Assembly: GCA_050331235.1 (NCBI GenBank)
Contig: JBHJHA010000028.1
Coordinates: 1 to 20,854 of the forward strand
Length of the DNA stretch: 20,854 nt
Reading direction: 5' to 3'
Source of the DNA: Leptolyngbyaceae cyanobacterium
Lineage (GTDB): Bacteria; Cyanobacteriota; Cyanobacteriia; Phormidesmidales; Phormidesmidaceae
The notes beneath the pieces were generated by a model. It was not told the origin of the DNA and did no database searches. It saw only the letters and a list, made by a program, of their open reading frames with translations. The position numbers and the translations under genes were made by a program. This document shows, piece by piece, positions 1 through 10,054 of the stretch; within the stretch, counting starts at the first letter, position 1; each line of letters starts with the position of its first letter.

Positions 1-21
1 AGTAGTACAGTCACAGCCCGC

Positions 22-459
22 CTAGCTAGCCGCTGCCCCGCTACGGTCATAGGTTGCCCGGAAAGTAGGGTGGACCTTGCCTTGAATGCGGTTCCAGTAC
101 TGAGTCACATCAGCGTCAAGCCCCACATCCGAAGCCAATCGAGTCAACATTGCTTGCTGGCGACGCTTGACATTGCGGTTATGGCCTAGCAGCAGTGTGC
201 GGGCTTTGAGCTCGATATTAGCTAAAGTTGCAGGTGCATCAGCTACGACGGGGGTGGCTTCTGAAGTAGCGGCAGCCTCACCAGTACGGTAAGCCACGCC
301 ACGATAGATCAAATCCAAGCTGGGCTGATGTACTGGGGCTTTCTTGACCGTCCGAAAACGGATATCAACGCCTCTGTACTTACCCGTAGCGGCTGCTTGG
401 TCAAATTCAACAGCCGGAGGAGTGTAATCGTAATCAACGCCGCGATAAGTGAGTTTCAT
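22..459 (-). CDS. gifB: Glutamine synthetase inactivating factor IF17 (DUF4278 repeats + IF7-like C-terminus), 145 aa
   Basis: Three YRGV motifs (MKLTYRGVDY, GKYRGVDI, LIYRGVAY), then ARTLLLGHNRNVKRRQQAMLTRLASDVG...WNRIQGKVHPTFRATYDRSGAAAS, which matches the IF7/IF17 GS-binding region. ATG at 459 has GAGG upstream. The longer start at 546 falls inside the riboswitch. Confidence 0.92.
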   Translation of the reverse strand: MKLTYRGVDYDYTPPAVEFDQAAATGKYRGVDIRFRTVKKAPVHQPSLDLIYRGVAYRTGEAAATSEATPVVADAPATLANIELKARTLLLGHNRNVKRRQQAMLTRLASDVGLDADVTQYWNRIQGKVHPTFRATYDRSGAAAS

Positions 460-502
460 AATTCGCCTCATACAGTTCTGTTCATTGCCGAAGTGTAGTT
501 TT

Positions 503-575
503 GGCGCGTTCCTTCGGAGTTCGGTGTCTCCTACTTCCGTCCTCATCTCTGATTGAGAGACGAGAGATGAACGTT
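503..575 (-). ncRNA. Type-I glutamine riboswitch (glnA RNA motif) in the gifB 5' UTR
   Basis: Minus strand reads CGTTCATCT-CTCGTCTCT-CAATC-AGAGATGAG-GACGGAAGTA-GGAG-ACACCGAA-CTCC-GAAGGAACGCGCC. This has the conserved CGUUC/GAACG P1 ends, the GACGGAAGUA and GAAG junction segments, and P2/P3 stems. gifB is an established host gene for this motif. Confidence 0.92.
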
Positions 576-590
576 TTTTGGTTTACTTCT

Positions 591-604
591 GTATTATAAG
601 TTAC
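591..604. promoter_or_regulatory. NtcA binding site (GTA-N8-TAC) overlapping a minus-strand TATAAT -10 box of gifB
   Basis: GTATTATAAGTTAC at 591-604. The reverse strand GTAACTTATAATAC contains TATAAT (593-598) about 18 nt upstream of the riboswitch. NtcA repression of gif genes is established. Confidence 0.8.
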
Positions 605-774
605 TGTTTTTGCAATTAACAGGGTTCTCTGACGAAGAATTGGTGGGATTTCCCGTAAAGCGAAAGTCGGTTCCGCCATCGCACTCGGTTAGAATCCTGA
701 CATGGTAATGGAAAGCAAGCACAGACAGCCCTTTGGGGACAGCGATCGCCCGCGAGTCAGATCGTCAAGAATCA

Positions 775-1341
775 TTACAAAACGAACGCTTGATCCACGA
801 TCCATTTGCGGCCAGTATGACGAAGTAGTGTGAAGCTCGTAGCGATAAATATGTATGCGGCTGGTTTATGCTCAAATTCAGACCAGGCTTTGCGAAAAGC
901 AGCGGGCTTGAGATCACGAAAGGCGACCGTCAGGTGGGGTTGAAACGGGCGATCGCGGGCCCGTTGATCGATAATCTGCAACTCCCTGGCAATGTACTGA
1001 CTGAGTGTCGCCTGTAGCTGCATCAGGGCGGGGGTATGGTTAACCGCTAGATAAATGACCCGGGGCGGGAAGGCCCCAAATCCAGAGAGTTCGACTGGGA
1101 CTTCTGAGATGGTAGAGCGAAACTGGGCAAGGGTTTTGATCAGGCGATCGCGATCAGCCTTCACCCACTCAAACGGCGCCTGCAAAGTGATATGGGGCGG
1201 AGATTTGAGTGCCGCTTGACTGCGATAATGCTGCGAAAAGTACTGTTTGAGAGCAGTCGCCTCTGATTGAATTGCCGGGGGCGGTATGAGCGCCAAAAAG
1301 TAGCGGGTCTTGACAAGTGAGGGGGCAGCATCAACAGTCAT
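775..1341 (-). CDS. 2'-5' RNA ligase family / 2H phosphoesterase
   Basis: Two HxT motifs (PPHITLQAPF, QPHLTVAFRD) and an N-terminal YFLALIPP strand. ATG at 1341 preferred; the frame is open to 1431. Confidence 0.85.
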   Translation of the reverse strand: MTVDAAPSLVKTRYFLALIPPPAIQSEATALKQYFSQHYRSQAALKSPPHITLQAPFEWVKADRDRLIKTLAQFRSTISEVPVELSGFGAFPPRVIYLAVNHTPALMQLQATLSQYIARELQIIDQRARDRPFQPHLTVAFRDLKPAAFRKAWSEFEHKPAAYIFIATSFTLLRHTGRKWIVDQAFVL

Positions 1342-1498
1342 GGCATCGGCCGTTTGCCTAGGATTCTCATCAGAGGCGCGATCGCCCTTGATGAGGTGGA
1401 ATTCCGTTACGATTACGGGTGGCGAGGCCACATTATCAGTATGCTAAGAAGAGGCAAATTCCGCTGCTAGAGAGACCTCGTCACCCGAAGCAAAAACT

Positions 1499-1765
1499 AT
1501 GCCCTGGTTTGTCAAAATTGAGCGCGGCATCATTCAAAAAGCGGCCTTTGATCAACACGTGCCGGCCCATGTAGCCTATGTTAAAGACTTGAATACAAAA
1601 GGCCACCAAGCACAAACGGGATACTGGGCCGAGCGGGGCGGCGGAATGCTGGTATTTTGGGCGGAGTCGCTGGCTGAAGCCCAGGCAATAGTTCACGCCG
1701 ATCCGCTGATCATACATAAATGCGTAGAGTACGAACTGCACGAATGGTGCATTGTGGTGGAGTAG
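1499..1765 (+). CDS. YciI family protein
   Basis: 88 aa with HVAYV, GGGML and A..IVHADPL motifs typical of the YCII domain. Confidence 0.85.
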   Translation: MPWFVKIERGIIQKAAFDQHVPAHVAYVKDLNTKGHQAQTGYWAERGGGMLVFWAESLAEAQAIVHADPLIIHKCVEYELHEWCIVVE

Positions 1766-1769
1766 TAAG

Positions 1770-2237
1770 ATGTCGGATTCGAGCAACGGTTACAAAATAC
1801 TGAGTGACAACCGTCAGGCCCGTTACCAATACGAAGTTTTAGAGACCTATGAAGCTGGGGTTGAGCTCAAGGGAACCGAGGTGAAATCGATCCGGGCAGG
1901 AAAAGCCAACTTGCGGGACGGGTTTGCCCAACTTCGCAATGGTGAAGTCTGGCTGCACAATGTCCATATTTCGCCGCACAGCAGCACAATTCAGCAATAT
2001 AACCACGATCCGCGCCGTCCACGTAAACTGCTGATGCACAAAGGTGAAATTCGTAAACTTATCGGCAAGGTCGAGCAAAAAGGCTTGACCCTAGTGCCGC
2101 TAAAAATTTACGTGGTGCGTGGATGGATTAAGGTAACGCTGGCTTTGGCTAAGGGTAAAAAGCTGCACGACAAGCGAGATTCTCTCAAGCGGAAACAAGA
2201 GAAGCGGGAAGTCGAACGGGCGCTAAAAGGCCAATAA
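1770..2237 (+). CDS. smpB: SsrA-binding protein SmpB
   Basis: [45 protein letters not shown] motifs. ATG at 1770 lies 4 nt after the yciI stop. Confidence 0.98.
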   Translation: MSDSSNGYKILSDNRQARYQYEVLETYEAGVELKGTEVKSIRAGKANLRDGFAQLRNGEVWLHNVHISPHSSTIQQYNHDPRRPRKLLMHKGEIRKLIGKVEQKGLTLVPLKIYVVRGWIKVTLALAKGKKLHDKRDSLKRKQEKREVERALKGQ

Positions 2238-2277
2238 CGACATCAGATACATCGCCGCGCCGCCGCCTAAACCAACG

Positions 2278-3282
2278 CTAGTAATGCCGCTTTTGTGGGA
2301 TACGAAACGAATCAAATGAAGGCGGTGACGCTTGAGTTGCGGCTTGGGGCGATCGTCCTGGCAAATAGCGATTCACTAATTTGTTGTACTGCCCGCCTAG
2401 CAGTAGGCCCAAAGTGCAGCCATACAGCCCCAGCAGAACCCAAATACCCATACTGCCGCCGCTAAAGAGCCAATGGTGATCGGCAAGGGTGCCTAGCTGG
2501 TGTTTGAGCCCGAGGGCCATAGCTAACCAAACTAGGGTTGCCAGCAAGGTTCCGGGAAGCACAGGCGTCGCGCGCGCTGATGATTTTTGGCTGCTGCGAT
2601 ACACCAATCCATAGCTCAGGGCAATAGTAGAGGCCGCAAAGCTCCACCGCAAGATTTGCACAAACAGATTACGTATAAAGCCCAAGACGGTGGTTTCAGC
2701 AGTATTTTGCAAACTACTGGGTAGGGTCAGCAACACCATACCGACGGCAAACATCGTCAACGCTGCACTGGTCAAGGCAACCAGCCCAGTAGTTAACCGC
2801 TGATGTAAAGTCGGGACTAAATGAGAGGCTAAATCGCCATCAGAGCGAATGATCTGTTGGGTCAAGCCGACGACCTTGAGCCAGAGCCCGCAGCCGATAC
2901 TGCCACTCAGAATAAGTAACCACCAGCGATGTCTCAACTGCCACTGACTGGTCAGCTCAACCACCACGGCATCCAGCGGCGGGATGGCTGCTGGCAACCA
3001 ACGCTGGCCTTGGCTGAAGATGAAAGCGGCCACGAGCCCCCACAGGCTAGCCGCCGCGATCGCCGCAAAAGCGCCCAGCAAACAGCAGCACAGAATCCCA
3101 TAGGCGATCGCGGCTCCTTTGAGCCAATAGCGATGCCGCACGGCCTGTTGCATAAGCGCTTTCCACAGGGGATAGCTGAGATAGCTGCTAGCGGTCGGCT
3201 CAGCGACCGGCGTTGCCGCCGGCGGCAACAAAAAAGGCGGAGTAGAGTTTGAGGAAGTCGGACGAGGTGGCGGCAGAGACAT
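2278..3282 (-). CDS. Divergent YihY/BrkB-like multi-pass membrane protein
   Basis: Several hydrophobic helices. The C-terminal half (LRWSF..., YGLVYR, VLPGTLLATLVWL, LYG..LLLGGQYN) resembles the YihY/BrkB pattern. Pro-rich termini. Confidence 0.6.
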   Translation of the reverse strand: MSLPPPRPTSSNSTPPFLLPPAATPVAEPTASSYLSYPLWKALMQQAVRHRYWLKGAAIAYGILCCCLLGAFAAIAAASLWGLVAAFIFSQGQRWLPAAIPPLDAVVVELTSQWQLRHRWWLLILSGSIGCGLWLKVVGLTQQIIRSDGDLASHLVPTLHQRLTTGLVALTSAALTMFAVGMVLLTLPSSLQNTAETTVLGFIRNLFVQILRWSFAASTIALSYGLVYRSSQKSSARATPVLPGTLLATLVWLAMALGLKHQLGTLADHHWLFSGGSMGIWVLLGLYGCTLGLLLGGQYNKLVNRYLPGRSPQAATQASPPSFDSFRIPQKRHY

Positions 3283-3746
3283 CGCGTCAAGCAGTAGATC
3301 GAGAAACAGCTAAGATCAGAAAACTCTTTGCCAAGGCGGGTCAGCCAATTCAAATAACTAAACCCGAACAAACGTTTTGCTTATGCGCTATTATGCCGTG
3401 ATTCCCATAAAAGGGCTCAGGTCAGGTGGGCAGTCAGCCATCTAAATTGAGCAGTTGTGGAGCGCACATGGCCATATACCCATTAAGGATATAGCGAACC
3501 CTAGGGTCCGAAAATTATCTCCGGTAGAGGAACTAAATCCCCGATTAATCAATGATTTTCTGTGATCTCCGCAGATTTTTAGGGAATCCTGCCGACTAGG
3601 CTGAAAGACTATTCAGCACTCATTGGTCAGCGCGCGCTCATTTAATTAATCGCATTGGCTGCTTTAATGAATGGAGATTTTTGCGATCCATTTCTTAATA
3701 GTCAACTCGCTGGCCAATGTCGACCAGGATATAGAGGCGCCCAGGT

Positions 3747-5840
3747 ATGAGGAAATTCGTCAAGTTCAAAGTGTGGATGCTAACCGGTATCCTACTCGGG
3801 ATACTTTCGACCAGTGTCGTGCCTGGGTGGCATCGCGTAGCAGCCTCGACGGGCCAAGTTACCGATAGCCTCTCAGCCTCTCAACTTCAGGAGGCGATCG
3901 CCCAGGGCCAAACGCGCCTGGGCATTCCCCAAGATCTTGACCCGGCTACGCTACCGGACTTTCCGGCTCGCAGCGGCTCCGGGGTGTCCTCTGATCCGGC
4001 GGATCAGATTGCCCCACCTGGACTGCTAGTACGGCCCGGTGCAGCGCCGATTTCTTACTTCTTCGGCATTCGGATGGAAAATGAGCTCGACAGTTTAGTC
4101 GGGCGCTATGAGAGCGCGTTGTTTGCCGCCAACGCTGCAAGTCAACCAATCGAGGTTAGACTTCCTAACGCGGCTGATCCGGTTGCCGAGGCCGAGACCG
4201 AGACCGCAACCTTGATTGCTAGCGCCAGTGATCCCGCTGCAACGATCACCACTCCAGCCCTCGACATGGCTCGCCAACTTAAGCTGGACTGGCCAAACTT
4301 GATGGAGACAGAGTCTTGGGGGGAGGCTCGCAGTCGCTGGCTAGCCGTCCGAGAGGCACTATGGGATGACTTTCCTTTAGATCGGCCCTTTGCTCAAACC
4401 GAAATTCGCGCCATGTGGTTGGACCGGGGCAGCATTGTACGGGCGCGATCACGGCAGGGATTGGCGCGCCTGTTTGACAATATGCAAGCCGCTGGCATTA
4501 ACACCGTGTTTTTAGAAACGGTGAATGCGGGCTTCCCTATCTACCGGAGTCGCGTCGCCCCCCAGCAAAATCCGCTGACTCAAGGCTGGGAGCCGCTAGC
4601 TGAGGCCGTTACCTTGGCCCACGAGCGCAACATGGAGCTGCATGCCTGGATATGGGTATTTGCCGCTGGTAACTTGCGCCACAACACGCTAATGGGCAAG
4701 ACCGATGATTTCCTCGGTCCGTCGTTGGCAGCTCATCCTGACTGGGTGGCCTATGACCAAGCTGGCAGCCCCATTCCCCTAGGACAAACAAAACCGTTTT
4801 ATGACCCAGCCAATCCGGAAGTCCGAGACTATCTGCTACGGCTGATTGACGAAATTATCAGTAACTACGATGTCGATGGTTTGCAGCTAGATTACATTCG
4901 CTATCCGTTTCAAGATCCCAAAGCCGGTCGCACCTATGGCTATGGGGGCGCTGCCCGGCGCGAGTTTCGTCGGCAAACCGGAGTCGATCTGGCAGATGTC
5001 ACCCCGGTCCCCGATCCGTGGTTGCCGCGGGCCGAACTAGAGCGACAGCGATCGCTGTGGACCGCTTGGAATAACTTTCGCATTGAGCAGGTCAATAGCT
5101 TCGTCGCGGAGACTTCAGAGCTGGTGCGCAGCAAGCGCCCAGAGGTCACACTGTCGGCAGCGGTGTTTGCCATGCCCCAAGAAGAACGGTTGCTCAAAAT
5201 TCAGCAGGACTGGAATACCTGGGCAGAGAAAGGCTTGGTTGACTGGATTGTGTTGATGAGCTATGCCCAAGACGCCAACCGCTTTGCTGAGCTCATTACC
5301 CCTTGGGTTGCCGAACAGACCTACGAGTCGACTTTGGTGATTCCTGGCATTCGTCTGTTGGGGATGCCCGTGCCGGTCATGATTGACCAGTTACAAACCC
5401 TGCGAGACTTGCCTGCCACTGGCTATGCACTCTTTGCCACAGACAATCTCGACACGCGCATTCAGAGCGTGTTGAACACCACCCAGGGAGAACATGCCAG
5501 TCCAGTGCCCCAAGAAAATCCCTATGCTACGGCGGCAGCGCGATACCAAACCCTACAGCAAGAGTGGAACTGGCTCTTAGCCAGCGGTCAAATGACCTTG
5601 CAGCCCCGTCTAGCCGATCGCTGGATTGCTGAGGTTAATGCCATGGGCAGCAGTCTGGATGCACTGTTGAGCCACCCGGCTGACCTGGCCGCAGTCCAGA
5701 CACAATTACAAGACCTGCGGCGCAATATTGGCGCGGGGCTCACCCTGGCTACGGCTACCACCCCCGACTATCGATTCCAAACTTGGGACAACCGATTGGA
5801 GACAATCAGTCGATTTCTTAACTATGGGGCGCAGCGGTAA
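3747..5840 (+). CDS. Glycoside hydrolase family 10-like (GHL10/DUF187) exported protein
   Basis: N-terminal signal/TM segment; EIRAMWLDR, GINTVFLET, AHERNMELHAW, DPANPEVR, YDVDGLQLDYIRYP motifs. Confidence 0.88.
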   Translation: MRKFVKFKVWMLTGILLGILSTSVVPGWHRVAASTGQVTDSLSASQLQEAIAQGQTRLGIPQDLDPATLPDFPARSGSGVSSDPADQIAPPGLLVRPGAAPISYFFGIRMENELDSLVGRYESALFAANAASQPIEVRLPNAADPVAEAETETATLIASASDPAATITTPALDMARQLKLDWPNLMETESWGEARSRWLAVREALWDDFPLDRPFAQTEIRAMWLDRGSIVRARSRQGLARLFDNMQAAGINTVFLETVNAGFPIYRSRVAPQQNPLTQGWEPLAEAVTLAHERNMELHAWIWVFAAGNLRHNTLMGKTDDFLGPSLAAHPDWVAYDQAGSPIPLGQTKPFYDPANPEVRDYLLRLIDEIISNYDVDGLQLDYIRYPFQDPKAGRTYGYGGAARREFRRQTGVDLADVTPVPDPWLPRAELERQRSLWTAWNNFRIEQVNSFVAETSELVRSKRPEVTLSAAVFAMPQEERLLKIQQDWNTWAEKGLVDWIVLMSYAQDANRFAELITPWVAEQTYESTLVIPGIRLLGMPVPVMIDQLQTLRDLPATGYALFATDNLDTRIQSVLNTTQGEHASPVPQENPYATAAARYQTLQQEWNWLLASGQMTLQPRLADRWIAEVNAMGSSLDALLSHPADLAAVQTQLQDLRRNIGAGLTLATATTPDYRFQTWDNRLETISRFLNYGAQR

Positions 5841-5849
5841 ATGTCCCCA

Positions 5850-5891
5850 TTCCCGCGCCCGTAGATCCTTCAAAATCTACGGGCGCGGGAA
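5850..5891. terminator. Perfect 17-bp inverted repeat between convergent genes (bidirectional terminator or 3' stabiliser)
   Basis: TTCCCGCGCCCGTAGAT-CCTTCAAA-ATCTACGGGCGCGGGAA. No strong U-tract on either side. Confidence 0.7.
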
Positions 5892-5911
5892 GGCTGAGGC
5901 GCACAGTCTGT

Positions 5912-7501
5912 TTACAAAGGCCGATAGACCCGATAGTTGATATTCGGAAAAATGTTATCGATCGCCTCAACCTTAACCAACCATCCCGCATCAACTTTAT
6001 CGTTGTTGAGGTCTTCCCAGAGTTTCGTAAACCGAGATAGATGCGATCGTGTCCGCCGCACGGCATAGGGCACCATCGTTCCGGTCCGCATGATAAAGGC
6101 CCAGTCAGAAGATTGGGCTAGCAGCAGTTCTCGAGCTGCCTGGTTCAGGGCTCGCCACTCCAAATCATCTGCTGGCTCACGCTTAGCCAAGTCAATCATG
6201 CGCTCGGCCGCTTTGTGCAAATGGGGGTAGATCCAAGAGTTAGTTTCATTCAGCCAATATTCGTGAAAGCCTTTATAGCCCCAGCTCGACTGCGAGGGTT
6301 TAGCCACTTGCTGAGTGGGATTCCCCCGCAGGTAATCGGCCAAATGCGTCATTTCATAGGTGCCTTGGTCAAACCAGGTCTTGCGAAAAAGATAGTCTAA
6401 GAACCAAGGCCCCTCATACCACCAATGGCCAAAGAGCTCCGCATCATAGGGAGACACCACAATCGGTGGGCGTTGCATGATGCCGTGCAAGTGCTCAATC
6501 TGCCGTTCCCGGTTAAACATAAAGTTGGCAGCATGCTCGGCGGCTTTTTCCCGGGCCCAATAGGGGTCATACCAATCCTTATCAGAGAGGCCTAAGCCTT
6601 TGCCAGTAATCTTGTGGTATTTGATGCCAACGTTTTTGCGCTGGCCATTGGGCATCACGTAGGGCTTAATATATTCGTATTCGGCATCCCAGCCTAAGTC
6701 GCGATAAAACTCCCGATATTCAGAGGCTCCTGGGTAGCCCACCTGGGAAGACCAGACCTGCTGCGAAGATTCGTGATCGCGGCCAAAGGCAGCCACGCCC
6801 GTCTCGGTATAAATCGGCGCATAGGAGCCAAAACGAGGCCGGGGGCGAGCATAGAGAATGCCGTGACCATCTGTGAGAAAGTAACGCAACCCAGCGTCAG
6901 CCAACATGCGATCCACCCCTTCGTAGTAGGCGCATTCGGGGAGCCAAATCCCATTGGGGGGCCGGTCAAAATGCTCCGCATAGCTCTCGACGGCGACCTG
7001 GATCTGGGCCCATACCGCTTGGGGATACATCTTCATCAGCGGCAGATAGCCATGGGTAGCGCCACAGGTGATAATTTCTAAATTATTGCTGTCTTGAAAC
7101 TTTTTGAATGCTTTGACAAGGTCGCGATCGTACTTCTCCCAAACCGACCGCACGTGGCTAAATTCACTGGCGTAGTGCTCCGCTAAGTAACGCAGATGGC
7201 CATTGTGTTCGTTGCGATCGACCTCCATTGCGATCAGATCTTCGAGCTTACTGAGATGTTCGTCGTAACGATCTTGAAGCAGCGGATCCCGCAGCATCGA
7301 CACTAGCGGCGGTGTTAAGCTCATGGTGAGCTTGAAATCCACCCCATCCTGCTGTAGCCCCTCAAACATGGTGATGAGAGGGACATAGGTTTCAGTAATC
7401 GCTTCGAATAACCACTCCTCCTCTAACACAAAGTCGCTCTCCGGATGGCGCACAAACGGCAGATGAGCGTGCAGAACGAGGGCGAGATATCCAGTACTCA
7501 T
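5912..7501 (-). CDS. GH57 family 1,4-alpha-glucan branching enzyme (DUF1957 C-terminal domain)
   Basis: LVLHAHLPFVRHP, EEWLFEAITETY, WLPEC (nucleophile Glu), PYDAELFGHWWYEG (acid/base Asp), LLAQSSDWAF. ATG at 7501. Confidence 0.95.
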   Translation of the reverse strand: MSTGYLALVLHAHLPFVRHPESDFVLEEEWLFEAITETYVPLITMFEGLQQDGVDFKLTMSLTPPLVSMLRDPLLQDRYDEHLSKLEDLIAMEVDRNEHNGHLRYLAEHYASEFSHVRSVWEKYDRDLVKAFKKFQDSNNLEIITCGATHGYLPLMKMYPQAVWAQIQVAVESYAEHFDRPPNGIWLPECAYYEGVDRMLADAGLRYFLTDGHGILYARPRPRFGSYAPIYTETGVAAFGRDHESSQQVWSSQVGYPGASEYREFYRDLGWDAEYEYIKPYVMPNGQRKNVGIKYHKITGKGLGLSDKDWYDPYWAREKAAEHAANFMFNRERQIEHLHGIMQRPPIVVSPYDAELFGHWWYEGPWFLDYLFRKTWFDQGTYEMTHLADYLRGNPTQQVAKPSQSSWGYKGFHEYWLNETNSWIYPHLHKAAERMIDLAKREPADDLEWRALNQAARELLLAQSSDWAFIMRTGTMVPYAVRRTRSHLSRFTKLWEDLNNDKVDAGWLVKVEAIDNIFPNINYRVYRPL

Positions 7502-7718
7502 GGCGATCACATTTCTTCGATTGACAGCGGGAAACCCGGCAAAGCAGCAGCCTTAAGCTTTGGACAAATTGTAAAGCAAAGCTAAACCTTTATAAGTGTC
7601 CCGCCAAACGGTTAATTAAGTCCATAGGGGAACGGTCTTTTCCGGGCGGCAGCAGGGCGATCGCGGAGTGAACTACCGGTCAATCAGCTAAAGCCATGCC
7701 CCGCCGCCAGGTTAAGAA

Positions 7719-8528
7719 TTACTGCACCGCGTCCTGCACCAAGGGGCGCAACTGCGAGACCCAATCGACCTGGTTTGTCACTAACGTTGGAAACGGCTGC
7801 CGCTGATAGTTTTTGCCCACCGTCAGTGGAAACGGCATGTGGTCATCCAAGGGAGTCCAAACCGCACCCGCCGCATTGAGAATCGGCCAAATCCCGGCGA
7901 TATCCCACACTTTTGGGGTCGCCTCAACTGCTCCAACGGCGTAGCCTGCGGCCACGATCAGGAGGTTATAAGTCGCCACACCCAACATCCGCACTTTGCA
8001 GGGAAAGGGAGCCTTCAACGCGTCCGTGCTGCGCGAACACAGGCTGAAAAATTGGTTTTTACCCGGTGGCTCAGTCCGCACCTGAATCGGCTCACCATTC
8101 AGAAATGCACCGGTGGGCATCGCCAAACCGCTGCTGGCTGGCCAATAGCCATAAAACCGGTGATTGAGCGTAGGCAGATAAACGTAACCAAACACGGGAA
8201 TGCCGCGATAGAGCAGGCCTAGAGATATGGCCCAGAGGGGGATACCCTGGGTAAAGTTGGTAGTGCCATCAATCGGATCAACGATCCAGCACCACTCATT
8301 ACTAGGAAATACATGAAGCGTCTCTTCGCTCAGGATGCCGTGGTCGGGGAACTGTTGGCGGATGGCCGCAGTCAAATGCTGATCTGACCACTGGTCGAAC
8401 TGAGTAACGAGGCTACCGTCAGATTTTTCCTCAGCTTGAGCATGGCCAAAAGCCTGTAGGAGTTTAGCCCCAACCTCTGTCGTCTGGGTTTCTGAAAAGT
8501 CAAAGACCTGTTTCCAAAAGGCTTGCAT
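7719..8528 (-). CDS. Inositol monophosphatase family protein
   Basis: ILSEE, WIVDPIDGTTNF and WDIAG motifs. Confidence 0.93.
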   Translation of the reverse strand: MQAFWKQVFDFSETQTTEVGAKLLQAFGHAQAEEKSDGSLVTQFDQWSDQHLTAAIRQQFPDHGILSEETLHVFPSNEWCWIVDPIDGTTNFTQGIPLWAISLGLLYRGIPVFGYVYLPTLNHRFYGYWPASSGLAMPTGAFLNGEPIQVRTEPPGKNQFFSLCSRSTDALKAPFPCKVRMLGVATYNLLIVAAGYAVGAVEATPKVWDIAGIWPILNAAGAVWTPLDDHMPFPLTVGKNYQRQPFPTLVTNQVDWVSQLRPLVQDAVQ

Positions 8529-8532
8529 CGGT

Positions 8533-9951
8533 TTAGTCCAGCTCCAGTTCCATTAGGGTGGCGATCGCCCGACCGGACTCCGCCTTAAAATGTGCCACGT
8601 TGATGCGCGTTAGCAGCCCAAAGGCGATGACCATGCCAATGGACTGGCAAGCAAACACAAGGGCAAAAGCCAAAAAGGTTTCACCAAAGGCTTGGCGGCC
8701 CAGATCGAGCAGAGCTCCCCCCAGTACCGTGGCGCTGGCTTGGGCCATGGCCTGGGACAATCCCCAAGCACCGATAAAAGTTCCAGCCGTTTCCGCTGCG
8801 GTGAGATCGAGCATGAGACTAACGGCACTGTTTGTCAAAATGCCTGACGCGAGGCCAAACAGCATCACTGCACTGCGCAAGGTCGTGGGGTTAGCCGTCA
8901 CCCCCGACAAAATCACCAAAATGAAACACGCACTAGTGAACAAACACCCAATCATCGCCGTACGCTGTTTGCCCAATCGCGGCACAATCACAAAGCCTGA
9001 CAAACCAATTCCCACGAGGATGCCGTATCCCCAAAACTGATTGAGGCCAGCGCTCTCGCCAATGCTGAGACCAAACACCTCGCGGGCATAAGGTTCTAGC
9101 ACTGGCTGTTGCAAAAATAGGCTGATGGTCATCACCAGCAAAAAGACGAAAAAAAAGCCCGTTTGTTTAGACGCGGTCAACACCGCGATCGCCTGCCGCA
9201 GGGTGATTTGGTCTTCTCGCCCGACCAGTGAGGAGCGCATGGCATAGCGGGAGTATTTCTTTTCAATGCCGAAAGTAGCCACAATACCCAGGGCCACAAC
9301 CGTCAACGGAAACACCACAAACAGCCGTGTAATCGATGCTTGCAGATCTGCCGCTGCCAAATTGTCGAGCAGGACCTGCCCCACGATCGCTCCCGCAACA
9401 ATCCCCACCATGAGCATGGCCCAAACGATGCCCACGAGCTGCGATCGGTTGTCTTCATCAGACACATCTACCAACAGCGCCGCAAAGGGTGTGGAGCTAC
9501 TGGCAATGCATAGCCCATACAGGGCAAACATCGCCGCGAGGAGAGCCATCCAGCCCGTGGTTGCAGCAGTCCAGCCATCTGCTGCACTAGCACCCAACTG
9601 CCACACCACCTGAATAGCTAAGAATAGACAGACCGCCTGGAGCCCCAATCCGAGCCATACATAGCCCGTTCGGTGATACCCTCGGATAGGCTTGGAATCA
9701 GAAATTTGCCCCATCCAGACCCGCGCCGGTGAGACAAACTGATACATTGCGATCGCCCCCGAAGCCAACACCGCTGGAATCTGCAGCTCCGAGATCAACA
9801 CTTGATTTAAGATGCCGAGGGTCAAGAGCGACAGCAGCCCCAGCCCCATCTGAAACAGCCCTAGACGAAACATCGTAAATAGATTGATACGAGGCAGGGG
9901 GGGCGCTGCAATGGCAGAACTGGAAGATAGCGGGCGATCGCGGGTAGCCAT
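8533..9951 (-). CDS. BCD/PucC family MFS transporter
   Basis: About 12 TM helices; FRLGLFQMGLG, GQISD...HRT, TPFAALLVD, QPVLEPY, AGTFIGAWGLSQA motifs. 4-nt gap to the IMPase gene suggests an operon. Confidence 0.9.
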   Translation of the reverse strand: MATRDRPLSSSSAIAAPPLPRINLFTMFRLGLFQMGLGLLSLLTLGILNQVLISELQIPAVLASGAIAMYQFVSPARVWMGQISDSKPIRGYHRTGYVWLGLGLQAVCLFLAIQVVWQLGASAADGWTAATTGWMALLAAMFALYGLCIASSSTPFAALLVDVSDEDNRSQLVGIVWAMLMVGIVAGAIVGQVLLDNLAAADLQASITRLFVVFPLTVVALGIVATFGIEKKYSRYAMRSSLVGREDQITLRQAIAVLTASKQTGFFFVFLLVMTISLFLQQPVLEPYAREVFGLSIGESAGLNQFWGYGILVGIGLSGFVIVPRLGKQRTAMIGCLFTSACFILVILSGVTANPTTLRSAVMLFGLASGILTNSAVSLMLDLTAAETAGTFIGAWGLSQAMAQASATVLGGALLDLGRQAFGETFLAFALVFACQSIGMVIAFGLLTRINVAHFKAESGRAIATLMELELD

Positions 9952-10054
9952 GGACGTCAGAGAAGTACTGAGGGATAGATCAAAAAAACTGCCGAAGCGT
10001 CTTCATAGACTACCGCGACAGTTAACAGCATAAGCCGTGTTTTGCGTTGCTGGG

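Noticed and set aside
460..546. N-terminal extension of gifB to 174 aa, and overlapping ORF 482..679
   Set aside because: Both overlap the riboswitch and promoter. Family similarity starts at MKLTYRG.
7571..7584. Near-NtcA site upstream of GH57 (GTA-AAGCAAAG-CTA)
   Set aside because: The second half-site is CTA, not TAC.
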